From an uncultured Actinomycetota bacterium (lineage in GTDB: Bacteria > Actinomycetota > Actinomycetes > Propionibacteriales > Nocardioidaceae), in NCBI GenBank assembly GCA_963815595.1, contig CAWFHA010000007.1, positions 1,079,121 to 1,143,120 of the forward strand: 64,000 nucleotides of DNA, given 5' to 3'. Positions 36,011-45,476 of this stretch are shown here, in pieces. Within the stretch, counting starts at the first letter, position 1. Every line of letters begins with the position of its first letter. The notes under the pieces were generated by a model. The model was not told the origin of the DNA. It ran no database searches and was given only the letters and a program-made list of their open reading frames with translations. The position numbers and the translations under genes are program-made.

Positions 36011-38817
36011 CCAGGAGCGCCGACGAACGCACCGCCGTGAGCTCGGGCGGACGGCCCACCGCCGACCTCGCCATCGTCGAGACGCGGGTCTACCGCGGCG
36101 CCAACGTGTGGTCCTACGACAAGGCGATCCACCTCGTCGTCGACCTCGGGGTGCTGGAGGACTTCCCCACCAACACGATCCCGGGCTTCACCGACCACCT
36201 CGTCGACGCGCTGCCCGGGCTGCGCGAGCACACCTGCTCCCGGGGACGACGCGGCGGCTTCCTCGAGCGGCTGCACGAGGGCACCTGGCTGGGCCACGTC
36301 GCCGAGCACGTCGCCCTCGCACTGCAGCAGGTCGTCGGCCACGACATCCGGCGGGGCAAGACCCGGCAGGTCAAGGGCGAGCGCGGCCGCTACAACGTCA
36401 TCTACGGCTACGTCGACGAGCAGGTGGGGCTCGAGGCCGGCCGGCTCGCCGTCCGGCTGGTCAACCACCTCGTGGAGGCCGACCCGGACTTCGACTTCAC
36501 CGACGAGCTCGACGCGTTCATCCTGCGGGCCCAGCGCACCGCCTTCGGGCCCTCCACCCAGGCGATCCTCGACGAGGCGGTCTCGCGCGACATCCCGTGG
36601 ATCCGGCTGAACAAGCACTCGCTCGTCCAGCTCGGCCAGGGCGTCCACGCCAAGCGCATCCGGGCCACGATGACGTCGGAGACCAGCTCCATCGCCGTCG
36701 ACATCGCCTCCGACAAGGACCTGACCACCCGGCTGCTCGGCGCCGCGGGCCTGCCCGTGCCGCGCCAGGAGTCGGTGCGCACCGCCGAGCAGGCGGCCAC
36801 CGTCGCCCGCAGGATCGGGTTCCCGGTGGTGGTCAAGCCGCTCGACGGCAACCACGGGCGCGGGGTGTGCCTCGACCTCCAGGACGAGGACGAGGTCCGG
36901 GAGGCGTTCGCCGTCGCCGAGGAGCAGTCGCGCCGCGGCTGGGTGATCGTGGAGTCGTTCATCACCGGCAAGGACTACCGGTGCCTGATCATCGACGGGC
37001 GCCTCGCCGCCATCGCCGAACGCGTGCCCGCCCACGTCATCGGCGACGGCACCTCGACGGTGCGTGCCCTGGTCGACCTGACCAACGCCGACCCACGACG
37101 CGGTGTGGGCCACGAGAAGATCCTCACCCGGATCAAGGCCGACGCCGCCGCCGAGGCGGTGCTCGCCGACCAGGGTCACACCCTGGACTCCGTGCCCGCC
37201 GAGGGCGAGATGGTCAAGCTGGCGCTGACCGGCAACATGTCGACCGGCGGCATCTCGATCGACCGCACCTTCGAGGCCCACCCGGAGAACGCGGAGATCG
37301 CCGAGGAGGCAGCCCGCATGGTCGGGTTGGACATCGCGGGCATCGACTTCATCTGCCCCGACATCACCCAGCCGGTCCGCGAGACCGGCGGCGCGATCTG
37401 CGAGGTCAACGCGGCCCCGGGCTTCCGGATGCACACCCACCCCACGATCGGCGAGCCGCAGTTCATCGCCAAGCCGGTCGTGGACATGCTGTTCCCACCC
37501 GGGGCTCCCAGCCGGATCCCGATCGTCGCCGTGACCGGCACCAACGGCAAGACCACGACCAGCCGGATGATCAGCCACATCTTCAAGGGCATGGGGCGCA
37601 AGGTCGGCATGACCTCCACCGACGGCGTGGTCATCGACGAGCGGCTGCTGATCCGGGCCGACGCCTCGGGCCCGCGCAGCGCGCGCATGGTCCTGCAGAA
37701 CCCACGGGTGGACTTCGCGGTCTTCGAGGTGGCGCGCGGCGGCATCCTGCGCGAGGGACTCGGCTACGAGCGCAACGACGTCGCCGTCGTGCTCAACGTC
37801 CAGCCCGACCACCTGGGGCTGCGCGGCATCGACACCGTCGAGCAGCTCGCGAACGTCAAGGCGGTGCTGGTCGAGGCCGTGCCGCGGGACGGGCACGCGG
37901 TGCTGAACGCCGACGACCCCCTGGTCCGGGAGATGCGGCGCCGCTGCTCGGGGCAGGTCGTGTGGTTCTCCATGGAGGAGCCGGGCACCGAGGCCCGTGA
38001 CCTGATCGACGCCCACTGCCGCCGTGGAGGCAAGGCGCTGGTCCTGCAGTCCACGGAGCGCGGCGAGATGATCGTCGTGCGGCACGGGGCCCGGGACATG
38101 CAGCTGGCGTTCACCCACCTGCTGCCCGCGACCTTCTCGGGCCGTGCGCGGATGAACGTGCAGAACGCGCTGGCCTCCGCGGCGGCGGCGTTCGCTGTCG
38201 GCGCGCCGCTGCACGACATCCGCCAGGGCCTGCGGACGTTCTCCACCAGCTACTACCTCTCCCCCGGCCGGCTCAACGAGCTCGAGGTCAACGGCGTCAC
38301 CGTCATCGTCGACTACTGCCACAACGCTCCGGGCATGCGAGCGCTCGGCGACTTCGTCGACCGGGTCGGCGAGACCCTCGACTCGGGCTACGACCTCGGC
38401 AAGCCCTCCCGGATCGGCGTCATCGCCACGGCCGGCGACCGGCGTGACGAGGACATGCGGGAGCTCGGCGAGGTCGCGGCGCGCCACTTCGACGTGGTCA
38501 TCGTGCGCGAGGACCAGGCCCTGCGGCGCCGCGAGCGCGGCGTCACCGCCGCCCTGGTCGCCGAGGGGGTCCGGGAGGCGATGGACGACGGCGCGCGGTG
38601 CAAGCAGCTGGAGGTGATCGTCGACGAGATCGAGGCCGTCCACCACGCGATGAGCCGGGCCAACCGTGGCGACCTCGTCGTGGTCTGCGTCGACCAGCAC
38701 CCGCTGGTGATGACCGAGCTGGAGAACTGGTCGCCGATGGCCCAGGCCGGGGCGTCGTACGCCGGCGACGACACGCACGTCGCCGACCCGGACTACACCC
38801 CGCCGCCGGAGTCCTGA
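36007..38817 (+). CDS. cphA: Cyanophycin synthetase CphA1 (N + ATP-grasp + Mur-ligase domains)
   Basis: Cx19HxxEH in N domain; VVKPLDGNHGRGV, EVNAAPGFRMH; GTNGKTT; DYCHN; GTGA overlap with cphB. Confidence 0.95.
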   Translation: MTRSADERTAVSSGGRPTADLAIVETRVYRGANVWSYDKAIHLVVDLGVLEDFPTNTIPGFTDHLVDALPGLREHTCSRGRRGGFLERLHEGTWLGHVAEHVALALQQVVGHDIRRGKTRQVKGERGRYNVIYGYVDEQVGLEAGRLAVRLVNHLVEADPDFDFTDELDAFILRAQRTAFGPSTQAILDEAVSRDIPWIRLNKHSLVQLGQGVHAKRIRATMTSETSSIAVDIASDKDLTTRLLGAAGLPVPRQESVRTAEQAATVARRIGFPVVVKPLDGNHGRGVCLDLQDEDEVREAFAVAEEQSRRGWVIVESFITGKDYRCLIIDGRLAAIAERVPAHVIGDGTSTVRALVDLTNADPRRGVGHEKILTRIKADAAAEAVLADQGHTLDSVPAEGEMVKLALTGNMSTGGISIDRTFEAHPENAEIAEEAARMVGLDIAGIDFICPDITQPVRETGGAICEVNAAPGFRMHTHPTIGEPQFIAKPVVDMLFPPGAPSRIPIVAVTGTNGKTTTSRMISHIFKGMGRKVGMTSTDGVVIDERLLIRADASGPRSARMVLQNPRVDFAVFEVARGGILREGLGYERNDVAVVLNVQPDHLGLRGIDTVEQLANVKAVLVEAVPRDGHAVLNADDPLVREMRRRCSGQVVWFSMEEPGTEARDLIDAHCRRGGKALVLQSTERGEMIVVRHGARDMQLAFTHLLPATFSGRARMNVQNALASAAAAFAVGAPLHDIRQGLRTFSTSYYLSPGRLNELEVNGVTVIVDYCHNAPGMRALGDFVDRVGETLDSGYDLGKPSRIGVIATAGDRRDEDMRELGEVAARHFDVVIVREDQALRRRERGVTAALVAEGVREAMDDGARCKQLEVIVDEIEAVHHAMSRANRGDLVVVCVDQHPLVMTELENWSPMAQAGASYAGDDTHVADPDYTPPPES

Positions 38818-39701
38818 GCCGCCTGCTCGACCTTCTTGGCCGTGCGCTTGACCGCCTTCTTCGCGGCCTTCCTCGCCGGCTTCTTCTCCGGCTTGTCCTG
38901 GGGCTTGTCCTCGGGCTTGCTCTGGGACTTGCCCTGGGACTCCGCCTCCGGCTCCTTCGGGGCGCCTCGGCGCCGCTTCAGGCGCACCCAGAGCTGGCCG
39001 CGGCCGCTGCTGCCGGTGACGGTCTTGGTCTCGACGAACGGCTGGGCCTTGATGAGGTCGCTGAGCTTGGCGTGGCCGTAGCTGCGCGCGTCGAAGGACG
39101 GGTCCGTGCGGTTGATGTGGTTGCCGAGGGCGCTCAGCGACGCCCAGTCGTCGTCGTCGGAGTCCACCTTGTTCAGTGCCTTGGTCAGCACGCTCTGGAT
39201 CGCGCGCAGCTGCTCGGGCCCGGACGGCTCCGGGGCTTCCGACTGCTCGGTCGTGGACCCGACTCCCTGCAGCACCTCGAGGAAGACGAACTTCTCGCAG
39301 GCCTCCACGAACGCCTTGGGGGTCTTGCGCTGCCCGACGCCGATCACGCGCTTGCCCGACTCGCGGAGCCGGGTCGCGAGCGGGGTGAAGTCGCTGTCGC
39401 TGGAGACGATCGCGAACCCCTCGACGTTGCCTGAGTAGAGCAGGTCCATCGCGTCGATGATCAGCGCCGAGTCCGTCGCGTTCTTGCCGGCGGTGTAGGC
39501 GAACTGCTGCTGCGGTGAGATCGCGTTGCCCAGCAGGTGCTCCTTCCACCCGGAGAGGTGGTGGTTGGTCCAGTCGCCGTAGGCGCGCTTGACGGTGATG
39601 GTGCCGTAGCCGGCCAGCTCCTCGAACATCTCCTTGATCAGCTTCGGGGAGGTGTTGTCGGCGTCGATGAGCACCGCGATGCGGGTGTTGTCGTCGGTCA
39701 T
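38793..39701 (-). CDS. NYN-domain ribonuclease with LOTUS/OST-HTH domain and Lys-rich tail
   Basis: LIDADN, KRAYGDW, GKNATDSALIIDAMD, SSDSDF; FDARSYGHAKLSDL; KPARKAAKKAVK tail. Confidence 0.88.
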   Translation of the reverse strand: MTDDNTRIAVLIDADNTSPKLIKEMFEELAGYGTITVKRAYGDWTNHHLSGWKEHLLGNAISPQQQFAYTAGKNATDSALIIDAMDLLYSGNVEGFAIVSSDSDFTPLATRLRESGKRVIGVGQRKTPKAFVEACEKFVFLEVLQGVGSTTEQSEAPEPSGPEQLRAIQSVLTKALNKVDSDDDDWASLSALGNHINRTDPSFDARSYGHAKLSDLIKAQPFVETKTVTGSSGRGQLWVRLKRRRGAPKEPEAESQGKSQSKPEDKPQDKPEKKPARKAAKKAVKRTAKKVEQAAQDSGGGV

Positions 39702-41167
39702 GCGGGATGGCTCTCCTCGATGGGGGGACCGCCAGTCTCGCGCAGTCGCCCGACGTCGCGCAGGCCGACCCACGAGACCACGCCTCCCAGCGCGAGCATC
39801 GCGGCTGAGAGCAGCAGCGCTCGCTCGTAACCGGCGGTGAGCAGGCCGGGGTCGCTGTAGTCGGTCCCGGTGAGCCCGACCGCGGCAGGAAGTGCCGCGA
39901 CGGCCAGCAGGCTCCCCGTGCGGGCGACCGCGTTGTTGACCCCGCTCGCCACCCCGGCATGGTTGCCGGGGACCGCGGCGAGGACGGCCACCGTCAGCGG
40001 GGAGACCAGGGTGACCAGCCCCAGCGCGAACACGACGATCCCCGGGAACACCCCGGTCCAGTACGTCGTGTCCCGGTCGACCCCGCTGAGCAGGAAGACC
40101 CCGACGGCGCACACGATCGGCCCCACCGTCATCGGCACCCGCGGCCCCGTGCGGGCGAACAGCACCGAGAGCCGCGAGGAGAGGAGGACCATGATCACCG
40201 AGACCGGCACGGTGGCCACGCCGGCGGCGGTGGCGCCGTACCCGGTGGAGACCTGGAGCTGGAGCACCAGGAAGAACAGCACGGCGCCGAGGGCGCCGTA
40301 GACGAGCAGCGTCATCAGGTTCGCGGCGCTGAACACGCGGGAGGACCACATCGACAGCGGCGCCATGGCGCCCGGTCGCCTCTCGAACCACACGAACGCG
40401 GCTGCCGCCGCGACCGCCAGCACCAGCCCGACGACCAGGACTCCCGTGGGCAGCTCGCGCCACGAGGTGAGCAGGTAGGTGGTGGCGCCGAGCACCACGA
40501 TGCCCGACAGCGCGCCCCGGTAGTCGAAGCGCCGGGGAGCCTCGGCGTCGAGCGACTCCGGGATCCGGAGACCGAGCAGCAGCACCAGGGCGCACAGCGG
40601 CAGGTTGATCGCGAAGACCCAGCGCCACCCCGCGTTCTCGACCAGGAACCCGCCCAGGAACGGCCCGATCGCCACCGCGATGCCGGAGGCGCCTGCCCAG
40701 GTGCCGATGGCGGCCGGCCGATCCACCCGGCGGAAGGTCCCCTGGATCAGGGCCAGGGCCCCCGGGGTGAGCAGCGCCGCCGCCACCCCTTGGACGACCC
40801 GGAACAGAACCAGCTGGAACGGCGACTGGGCGAACGCGCACAGGGCACTGGCCGCGGCGAAGCCGGCGATCCCCATCAGGTAGACGCGCCGTCGCCCGAA
40901 GCGGTCGCCCAAGGCGCCCCCCACCAGGATCAGCGCCGCCAGGCTGACCAGGTAGCCGTTGGAGATCCACTGCAGCTCGACCAGCGAGGCGTCGAGGTCG
41001 GCACCGATGCGGCGCAGGGCGATGTTGACCACCGTGCCGTCGAGGATCGCGATGCTCGACCCGAGGGTCACCGTGAACAGGGTGAGCCTTCCGAGGGCCG
41101 AACGGCGGTCGAGCAGGCCGGACTCGTCCTCCCTGGGTTGACCGGGCTCAGGCGAGGGCTGCGGCAC
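39698..41167 (-). CDS. MFS transporter (DHA2-like, 14 TM)
   Basis: LDGTVVNIAL, GGALGDRFGRRR motif A, GPFLGGFL. Confidence 0.9.
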   Translation of the reverse strand: MPQPSPEPGQPREDESGLLDRRSALGRLTLFTVTLGSSIAILDGTVVNIALRRIGADLDASLVELQWISNGYLVSLAALILVGGALGDRFGRRRVYLMGIAGFAAASALCAFAQSPFQLVLFRVVQGVAAALLTPGALALIQGTFRRVDRPAAIGTWAGASGIAVAIGPFLGGFLVENAGWRWVFAINLPLCALVLLLGLRIPESLDAEAPRRFDYRGALSGIVVLGATTYLLTSWRELPTGVLVVGLVLAVAAAAAFVWFERRPGAMAPLSMWSSRVFSAANLMTLLVYGALGAVLFFLVLQLQVSTGYGATAAGVATVPVSVIMVLLSSRLSVLFARTGPRVPMTVGPIVCAVGVFLLSGVDRDTTYWTGVFPGIVVFALGLVTLVSPLTVAVLAAVPGNHAGVASGVNNAVARTGSLLAVAALPAAVGLTGTDYSDPGLLTAGYERALLLSAAMLALGGVVSWVGLRDVGRLRETGGPPIEESHPA

Positions 41168-42848
41168 GACGTACCTTCGCCCGGAGCACCTCCGGTGTGT
41201 CCGCCGTGGCTCCCTGTCCGGTGAGCCAGTCGTAGACCTGCTGCCGCTCCGCGTGGCACATCAGCCCCACCACGTCGCCAGGGGTCGCCTGCTCGACCAG
41301 GGCCTGGAGCGAAGCGAGCTCGGTGGGGTGGGCCGGGAGGTCCGTGACGCCCACCCGGGCCGCTCCGGCACGTAGCAGCGCCTCGAGCTCGGCGGTGGTG
41401 CGGCCGCGCAGGTAGTGCTCCTTGTGACCGATCACCACGACGTCGGCGTCCCGACCCGCGATCTCGCCGAGCATCTCCAGCAGGTCGTCCTGACGGTCGC
41501 CGACCGCACCCAGCCCGAGCAGCAGGCGGCAGCCGGGTGCGCGCAGGCCGCGCATGACCTCGATCATCGCCTCCAGCCCCACCTCGTTGTGCGCGAGGTC
41601 CATCACCACCGAGACCTCGCCGAGGCTGAAGATGTTCATCCGGCCGGGGTTGTGCTCGGCGTCGGGCAGGAAGGAGCGCAGCCCCGCGGCGACGTGCTCC
41701 CGGCCGATGCCGGCCGCCAGGGCCGCAGACGTGGCGGCCAGGGCGTTCTCGACGTTGAACCGGGAGAGCCCGCTCAACGTCATCGGCACGTCGACGACCT
41801 CCAGCACCGGGTCGACGCTGCCCCCGTCGAGCACGGTGATCCAGCCGTCGATGACCGTGGTCGCCCGGCCCCGGGCGTTGAGCACCTCGCGCAGTGCCGG
41901 CGAGTCGGGGTAGCGGGAGAAGACCCACGGGCGCGCTGGCGTGGTCAGCCGCATGGCGAAGACCCGCGGGTCGTCGGCGTTGAGCACCGCCCAGCCCGAC
42001 TTCTTGGTGATCCTCGGCACGACGCCCTTGACCTCGGCGAGCTGGTCCACGGTGTCGATGCCGTGCAGGCCCAGGTGGTCGGCGGTCACGTTGGTGACCA
42101 CGGAGACGTCGTTGCTGACCAGGCCGATCCCCTTGAGCAGGATCCCCCCGCGAGCGGTCTCGGTCACCGCGAAGTCCACCTCCCGGTGGGCGAGGACGCG
42201 TCCGGCGCCGGAGGGACCGGAGTAGTCACCGGCCTCCACCAGCACGCCGTCGACGTAGATGCCGTCGGTGTTGGACCAGCCGACCAGGTGACCGGCCTCC
42301 CGGGCGATGTGGGCGATCATCCGCGACGTGGTGGTCTTGCCGTTGGTACCGGTCACGGCCACCACGGGCACCCGCGGCCTGATCGTGGTGGGCCCCGGGC
42401 CGCGCTCGGCGGCCCGCACGTGCTCGGCCGCGCGCTCCACCAGGACGCCCACCTCCTGCGAGCCCAGCCCGTCGACCACCGAGGCCACCGCCTCGCCCAG
42501 GGCGCGCGCCCGGTTGCGGTCGCGCCACGGGTAGGCGACCACGATCCGCTGGGACTGGGAGGTCGACCGCACCCGGACCGCGAGGCGGGTGGTCCCCGAC
42601 TCCGCGGCGATCCGCCGCACCAGCCGGGTCACGAGGCGAGCCAGGGAACGCTGCCGGAAGCCGCTCATCGGGGCGTCGGCCCGCAACGAGCGCAGCCCGA
42701 GCCGATCCGCGAGTCGGCGTACGTCGGTCTCGGGCGCCTCGGCGAGCGAGGTCACGTCGAGGGTGAGCTTGATCGCGGCCCGGGGGAAGTACAGGTTGGG
42801 TCCCTCGAGGACCCTCAGCTCGACCAGGGCGGGGTCCCGGTCAGCCAC
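41148..42848 (-). CDS. CphA-like protein: degenerate N domain + Mur-ligase domain, no ATP-grasp
   Basis: ELRVLEGPNLY resembles the CphA N-terminus; GTNGKTTT, ETARGGIL, NVTADHLG, DLAHN; 566 aa versus 936 aa for CphA1. Confidence 0.8.
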   Translation of the reverse strand: MADRDPALVELRVLEGPNLYFPRAAIKLTLDVTSLAEAPETDVRRLADRLGLRSLRADAPMSGFRQRSLARLVTRLVRRIAAESGTTRLAVRVRSTSQSQRIVVAYPWRDRNRARALGEAVASVVDGLGSQEVGVLVERAAEHVRAAERGPGPTTIRPRVPVVAVTGTNGKTTTSRMIAHIAREAGHLVGWSNTDGIYVDGVLVEAGDYSGPSGAGRVLAHREVDFAVTETARGGILLKGIGLVSNDVSVVTNVTADHLGLHGIDTVDQLAEVKGVVPRITKKSGWAVLNADDPRVFAMRLTTPARPWVFSRYPDSPALREVLNARGRATTVIDGWITVLDGGSVDPVLEVVDVPMTLSGLSRFNVENALAATSAALAAGIGREHVAAGLRSFLPDAEHNPGRMNIFSLGEVSVVMDLAHNEVGLEAMIEVMRGLRAPGCRLLLGLGAVGDRQDDLLEMLGEIAGRDADVVVIGHKEHYLRGRTTAELEALLRAGAARVGVTDLPAHPTELASLQALVEQATPGDVVGLMCHAERQQVYDWLTGQGATADTPEVLRAKVRRAAALA

Positions 42849-42854
42849 GGGAGG

Positions 42855-43067
42855 TCAGTCGTCCTCGAGGCGGAACCCGACCTTGAGCCCGACCTGGAAG
42901 TGCTCCACGGCCCCGTCCTTGACCTGCCCACGCACCTGGGTCATCTCGAACCAGTCGACGTGGCGCAGGGTGCGGGCCGCCCGCTCGACCCCGTTGCGGA
43001 TGGCCTGGTCGATGCCCTCGGGCGAGGTGCCGACGATCTCGGTGACACGGTAGGTGCGGTTGGACAT
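42855..43067 (-). CDS. Dodecin (flavin-binding)
   Basis: MSNRTYRVTEIVGTS...DWFE...HFQVGLKVGFRL. Confidence 0.92.
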   Translation of the reverse strand: MSNRTYRVTEIVGTSPEGIDQAIRNGVERAARTLRHVDWFEMTQVRGQVKDGAVEHFQVGLKVGFRLEDD

Positions 43068-43168
43068 CGGCGGGCTCCTCGAGTGGGAAACAGTCGGACT
43101 GACCAAGGATGCCACGGGTGCTCGCGGGGCGGTCGGGCGCTGCACACCACCGACGTACGCTGGAGGAC

Positions 43169-43468
43169 GTGGCCACTTCCCGCCGGACGCGTGGCGAGAC
43201 CGAACCGGTCCGCATCACCACCGCCCCCACCAGCCGCCGCGACGACCTCGACCGTCGTCGGCGCCGCTACGTCATCTCGATGGCGGTCCGCACTCTGTGC
43301 TTCGTCGGTGCGGTCCTCGTCGGTCCCGGTTGGTTTCGCTGGGTCCTGGTGGTCGGGGCGTTCATCCTGCCCTACATCGCCGTGGTGATGGCCAACGCCG
43401 CCTCACCCCGCATCGAGGGTGCGGACCTGGTGCAGCCGGGTGGCAGCCACCGGGAGCTGGGCGGGTGA
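43169..43468 (+). CDS. DUF3099-family membrane protein
   Basis: RRRRYVISMAVRTLCF, LPYIAVVMAN; GGAGG RBS before GTG. Confidence 0.85.
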   Translation: MATSRRTRGETEPVRITTAPTSRRDDLDRRRRRYVISMAVRTLCFVGAVLVGPGWFRWVLVVGAFILPYIAVVMANAASPRIEGADLVQPGGSHRELGG

Positions 43469-43668
43469 GCGAGGACGCCGCCGCCGGTCAGGAGGTCTGC
43501 TCGGCGCGGGGTTGTCGGGCCGCGGCTCGCCACGAGCTGCGCTGGAACAACCCCAAGCTGCACACGCCCGAGCGCCGCAAGACCTGGCTGGCCTGCGACG
43601 AGCACCGCCAGAGCCTGGCCGACTTCCTCGCCGCCCGGAACTTCCTGCGCGAGGTCGAGCCGCACTAG
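43465..43668 (+). CDS. Small Cys/His-containing conserved actinobacterial protein
   Basis: CSARGC...WNNPKLHTPERRKTWLACDEH; GTGA overlap. Confidence 0.75.
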   Translation: MSEDAAAGQEVCSARGCRAAARHELRWNNPKLHTPERRKTWLACDEHRQSLADFLAARNFLREVEPH

Positions 43669-44675
43669 CCGCCGATCGCGGACATCGGCCGCGTCGGCTG
43701 GAGGAAGGTCTCGTCGTCGATGCCGTGACCCGGTCGCTTGGTCATCATCGCCAGCCGCCACCGGTCCGCGATCTCGTCGTCACCGGCACCGCCTCGCAGC
43801 GCGGCACGCAGGTCGGACTCCTCCCGGGCGAACAGGCAGTTGCGCACCTGGCCGTCGGCGGTGAGCCGCACCCGGTCGCAGTCCCCGCAGAAGGGTCGGG
43901 TGACCGAGGCGATCACCCCGACCTTGGCCGGGCCGCCGTCGACGAGGAACGTCTCGGCCGGGGCGCTGCCCCGGTGCTCGGGGTCGGGGGTCAGCGTGAA
44001 CTCGGACTCGAGCAGCGCGAAGATCTCCTCGGCGGTGACCATCCCCTCCCGCGACCAGCCGTGCTGGGCGTCGAGGGGCATCTGCTCGATGATGCGCAGC
44101 TGGTAGCCCTGCTCCAGGCACCAGGCCAGCAGCTCGGGGGCGTGCTGGTCGTTGATCCCCCGGATCAGCACGGCGTTGACCTTGACCGGGCCCAGGCCGG
44201 CGTCCCGGGCGGCCGCCAGGCCGGCCAGCACGTCGTCGAGCCGGTCCCGGCGCGTGATCTCGAGGAACTCCTCGCGCCGGATCGTGTCGAGGCTGACGTT
44301 GACCCGGTCGAGGCCGGCCGCGGCGAGGGTCCGCGCCGTGCGGGACAGCCCCAGGGCGTTGGTGGTCAGCGAGACCTCCGGGGTGGGGCGCAGCGCCTTG
44401 GTCTGCTCGACGATGCCGGCCAGGCCGCGGCGCAGCAGCGGCTCACCGCCGGTGAAGCGGACCTCGCGGATGCCCAGCTGCTCGACACCGATCCGGACGA
44501 GGCGGACCACCTCGTCGTCGGTGAGCGTCTCCTCCGTGGGCAGCCAGTCCAGGCCCTCCGCGGGCATGCAGTAGCTGCACCGCAGGTTGCAGCGGTCGGT
44601 GAGCGAGACTCGCAGGTCCGTGGCCGTCCGGCCATAGCTGTCCGCCAGTCCCGAGGTCGGCGTGGAAGTGCTCAC
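43665..44675 (-). CDS. moaA: GTP 3',8-cyclase
   Basis: CNLRCSYC radical-SAM motif, FCGDCDRVR, MSAIGG C-terminus. Confidence 0.97.
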   Translation of the reverse strand: MSTSTPTSGLADSYGRTATDLRVSLTDRCNLRCSYCMPAEGLDWLPTEETLTDDEVVRLVRIGVEQLGIREVRFTGGEPLLRRGLAGIVEQTKALRPTPEVSLTTNALGLSRTARTLAAAGLDRVNVSLDTIRREEFLEITRRDRLDDVLAGLAAARDAGLGPVKVNAVLIRGINDQHAPELLAWCLEQGYQLRIIEQMPLDAQHGWSREGMVTAEEIFALLESEFTLTPDPEHRGSAPAETFLVDGGPAKVGVIASVTRPFCGDCDRVRLTADGQVRNCLFAREESDLRAALRGGAGDDEIADRWRLAMMTKRPGHGIDDETFLQPTRPMSAIGG

Positions 44676-44717
44676 CCGGCCAGTCTAGGCACTGGGGCCA
44701 CGAACTACCGTGACGGC

Positions 44718-45461
44718 GTGAGGTTCCTGCTCAGCCGCCGATGGGTTCTGTTCGCCCTGACGGTCGCCCTCCTCGCGTGGGGAGCCTCCCTGCTGGGGCA
44801 GTGGCAGTTCCACCGGCTGGACGCACGCAAGGCCGAGAACCGCCTGGTCGCCACCAACATCGCAGCGGCCCCCGCGCCGGTCGACGACGTGCTCTCCCCC
44901 GCCCGGCCCCCCTCTCCGGACGACGAGTGGCGCCGGGTCACCGTCCACGGGACCTGGGACGCCGAGCACACGGTCGTGCTGAAGTACCAGACGCGCGACC
45001 AGCAGCCCGGTGTCGACGTGGTCACGCCCCTGGTCACCCGCAGCGGGGCTGCGGTGCTCGTCGACCGGGGCTGGCTGCCGGGTGAGAACTCGGGCGCGTC
45101 GCGCCCGCAGCTGCCGCAGGTCACCGAGGGGCCCGTCACGGTCACCGGGTGGGTACGCCGGGACGCGACCGGCTCGTCGTCCCGGGTGGACGACCTCTCC
45201 ACCCGGGCCATCTCCTCGCGCAGCATCGCCGAGGAGGTGCCCTACCCGCTCTACCAGGGCTTCGTCGACCTCGCCCTGCAGAGCCCGGCACCCGCCGCCG
45301 AGCTCACGCTCACCGACCTCCCCGACGACACCAGCAACGGACCGCACTTCTTCTACGGCCTGCAGTGGTGGTTCTTCGGCGCGCTCGCGGTCTTCGGGTT
45401 CGGGTACCTGGCCTGGGACGAGCTGCGGCAGCGACGACGCCGTCGCGCCGCGCCCGGCTGA
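44718..45461 (+). CDS. SURF1-family protein
   Basis: LGQWQFHR, VLVDRGW, GPHFFYGLQWW. Confidence 0.9.
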   Translation: MRFLLSRRWVLFALTVALLAWGASLLGQWQFHRLDARKAENRLVATNIAAAPAPVDDVLSPARPPSPDDEWRRVTVHGTWDAEHTVVLKYQTRDQQPGVDVVTPLVTRSGAAVLVDRGWLPGENSGASRPQLPQVTEGPVTVTGWVRRDATGSSSRVDDLSTRAISSRSIAEEVPYPLYQGFVDLALQSPAPAAELTLTDLPDDTSNGPHFFYGLQWWFFGALAVFGFGYLAWDELRQRRRRRAAPG

Positions 45462-45476
45462 GCAGGAGCGCGGCCC

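Noticed and set aside
35587-39960. Very long alternative-frame ORFs (e.g. 35587-39960 minus, 1516-4578 plus, 21798-24923 plus, 16149-18899 plus, 26232-29075 minus)
   Set aside because: Antisense or off-frame shadows of well-supported genes; stop codons are rare at this GC content and the translations have no motifs.
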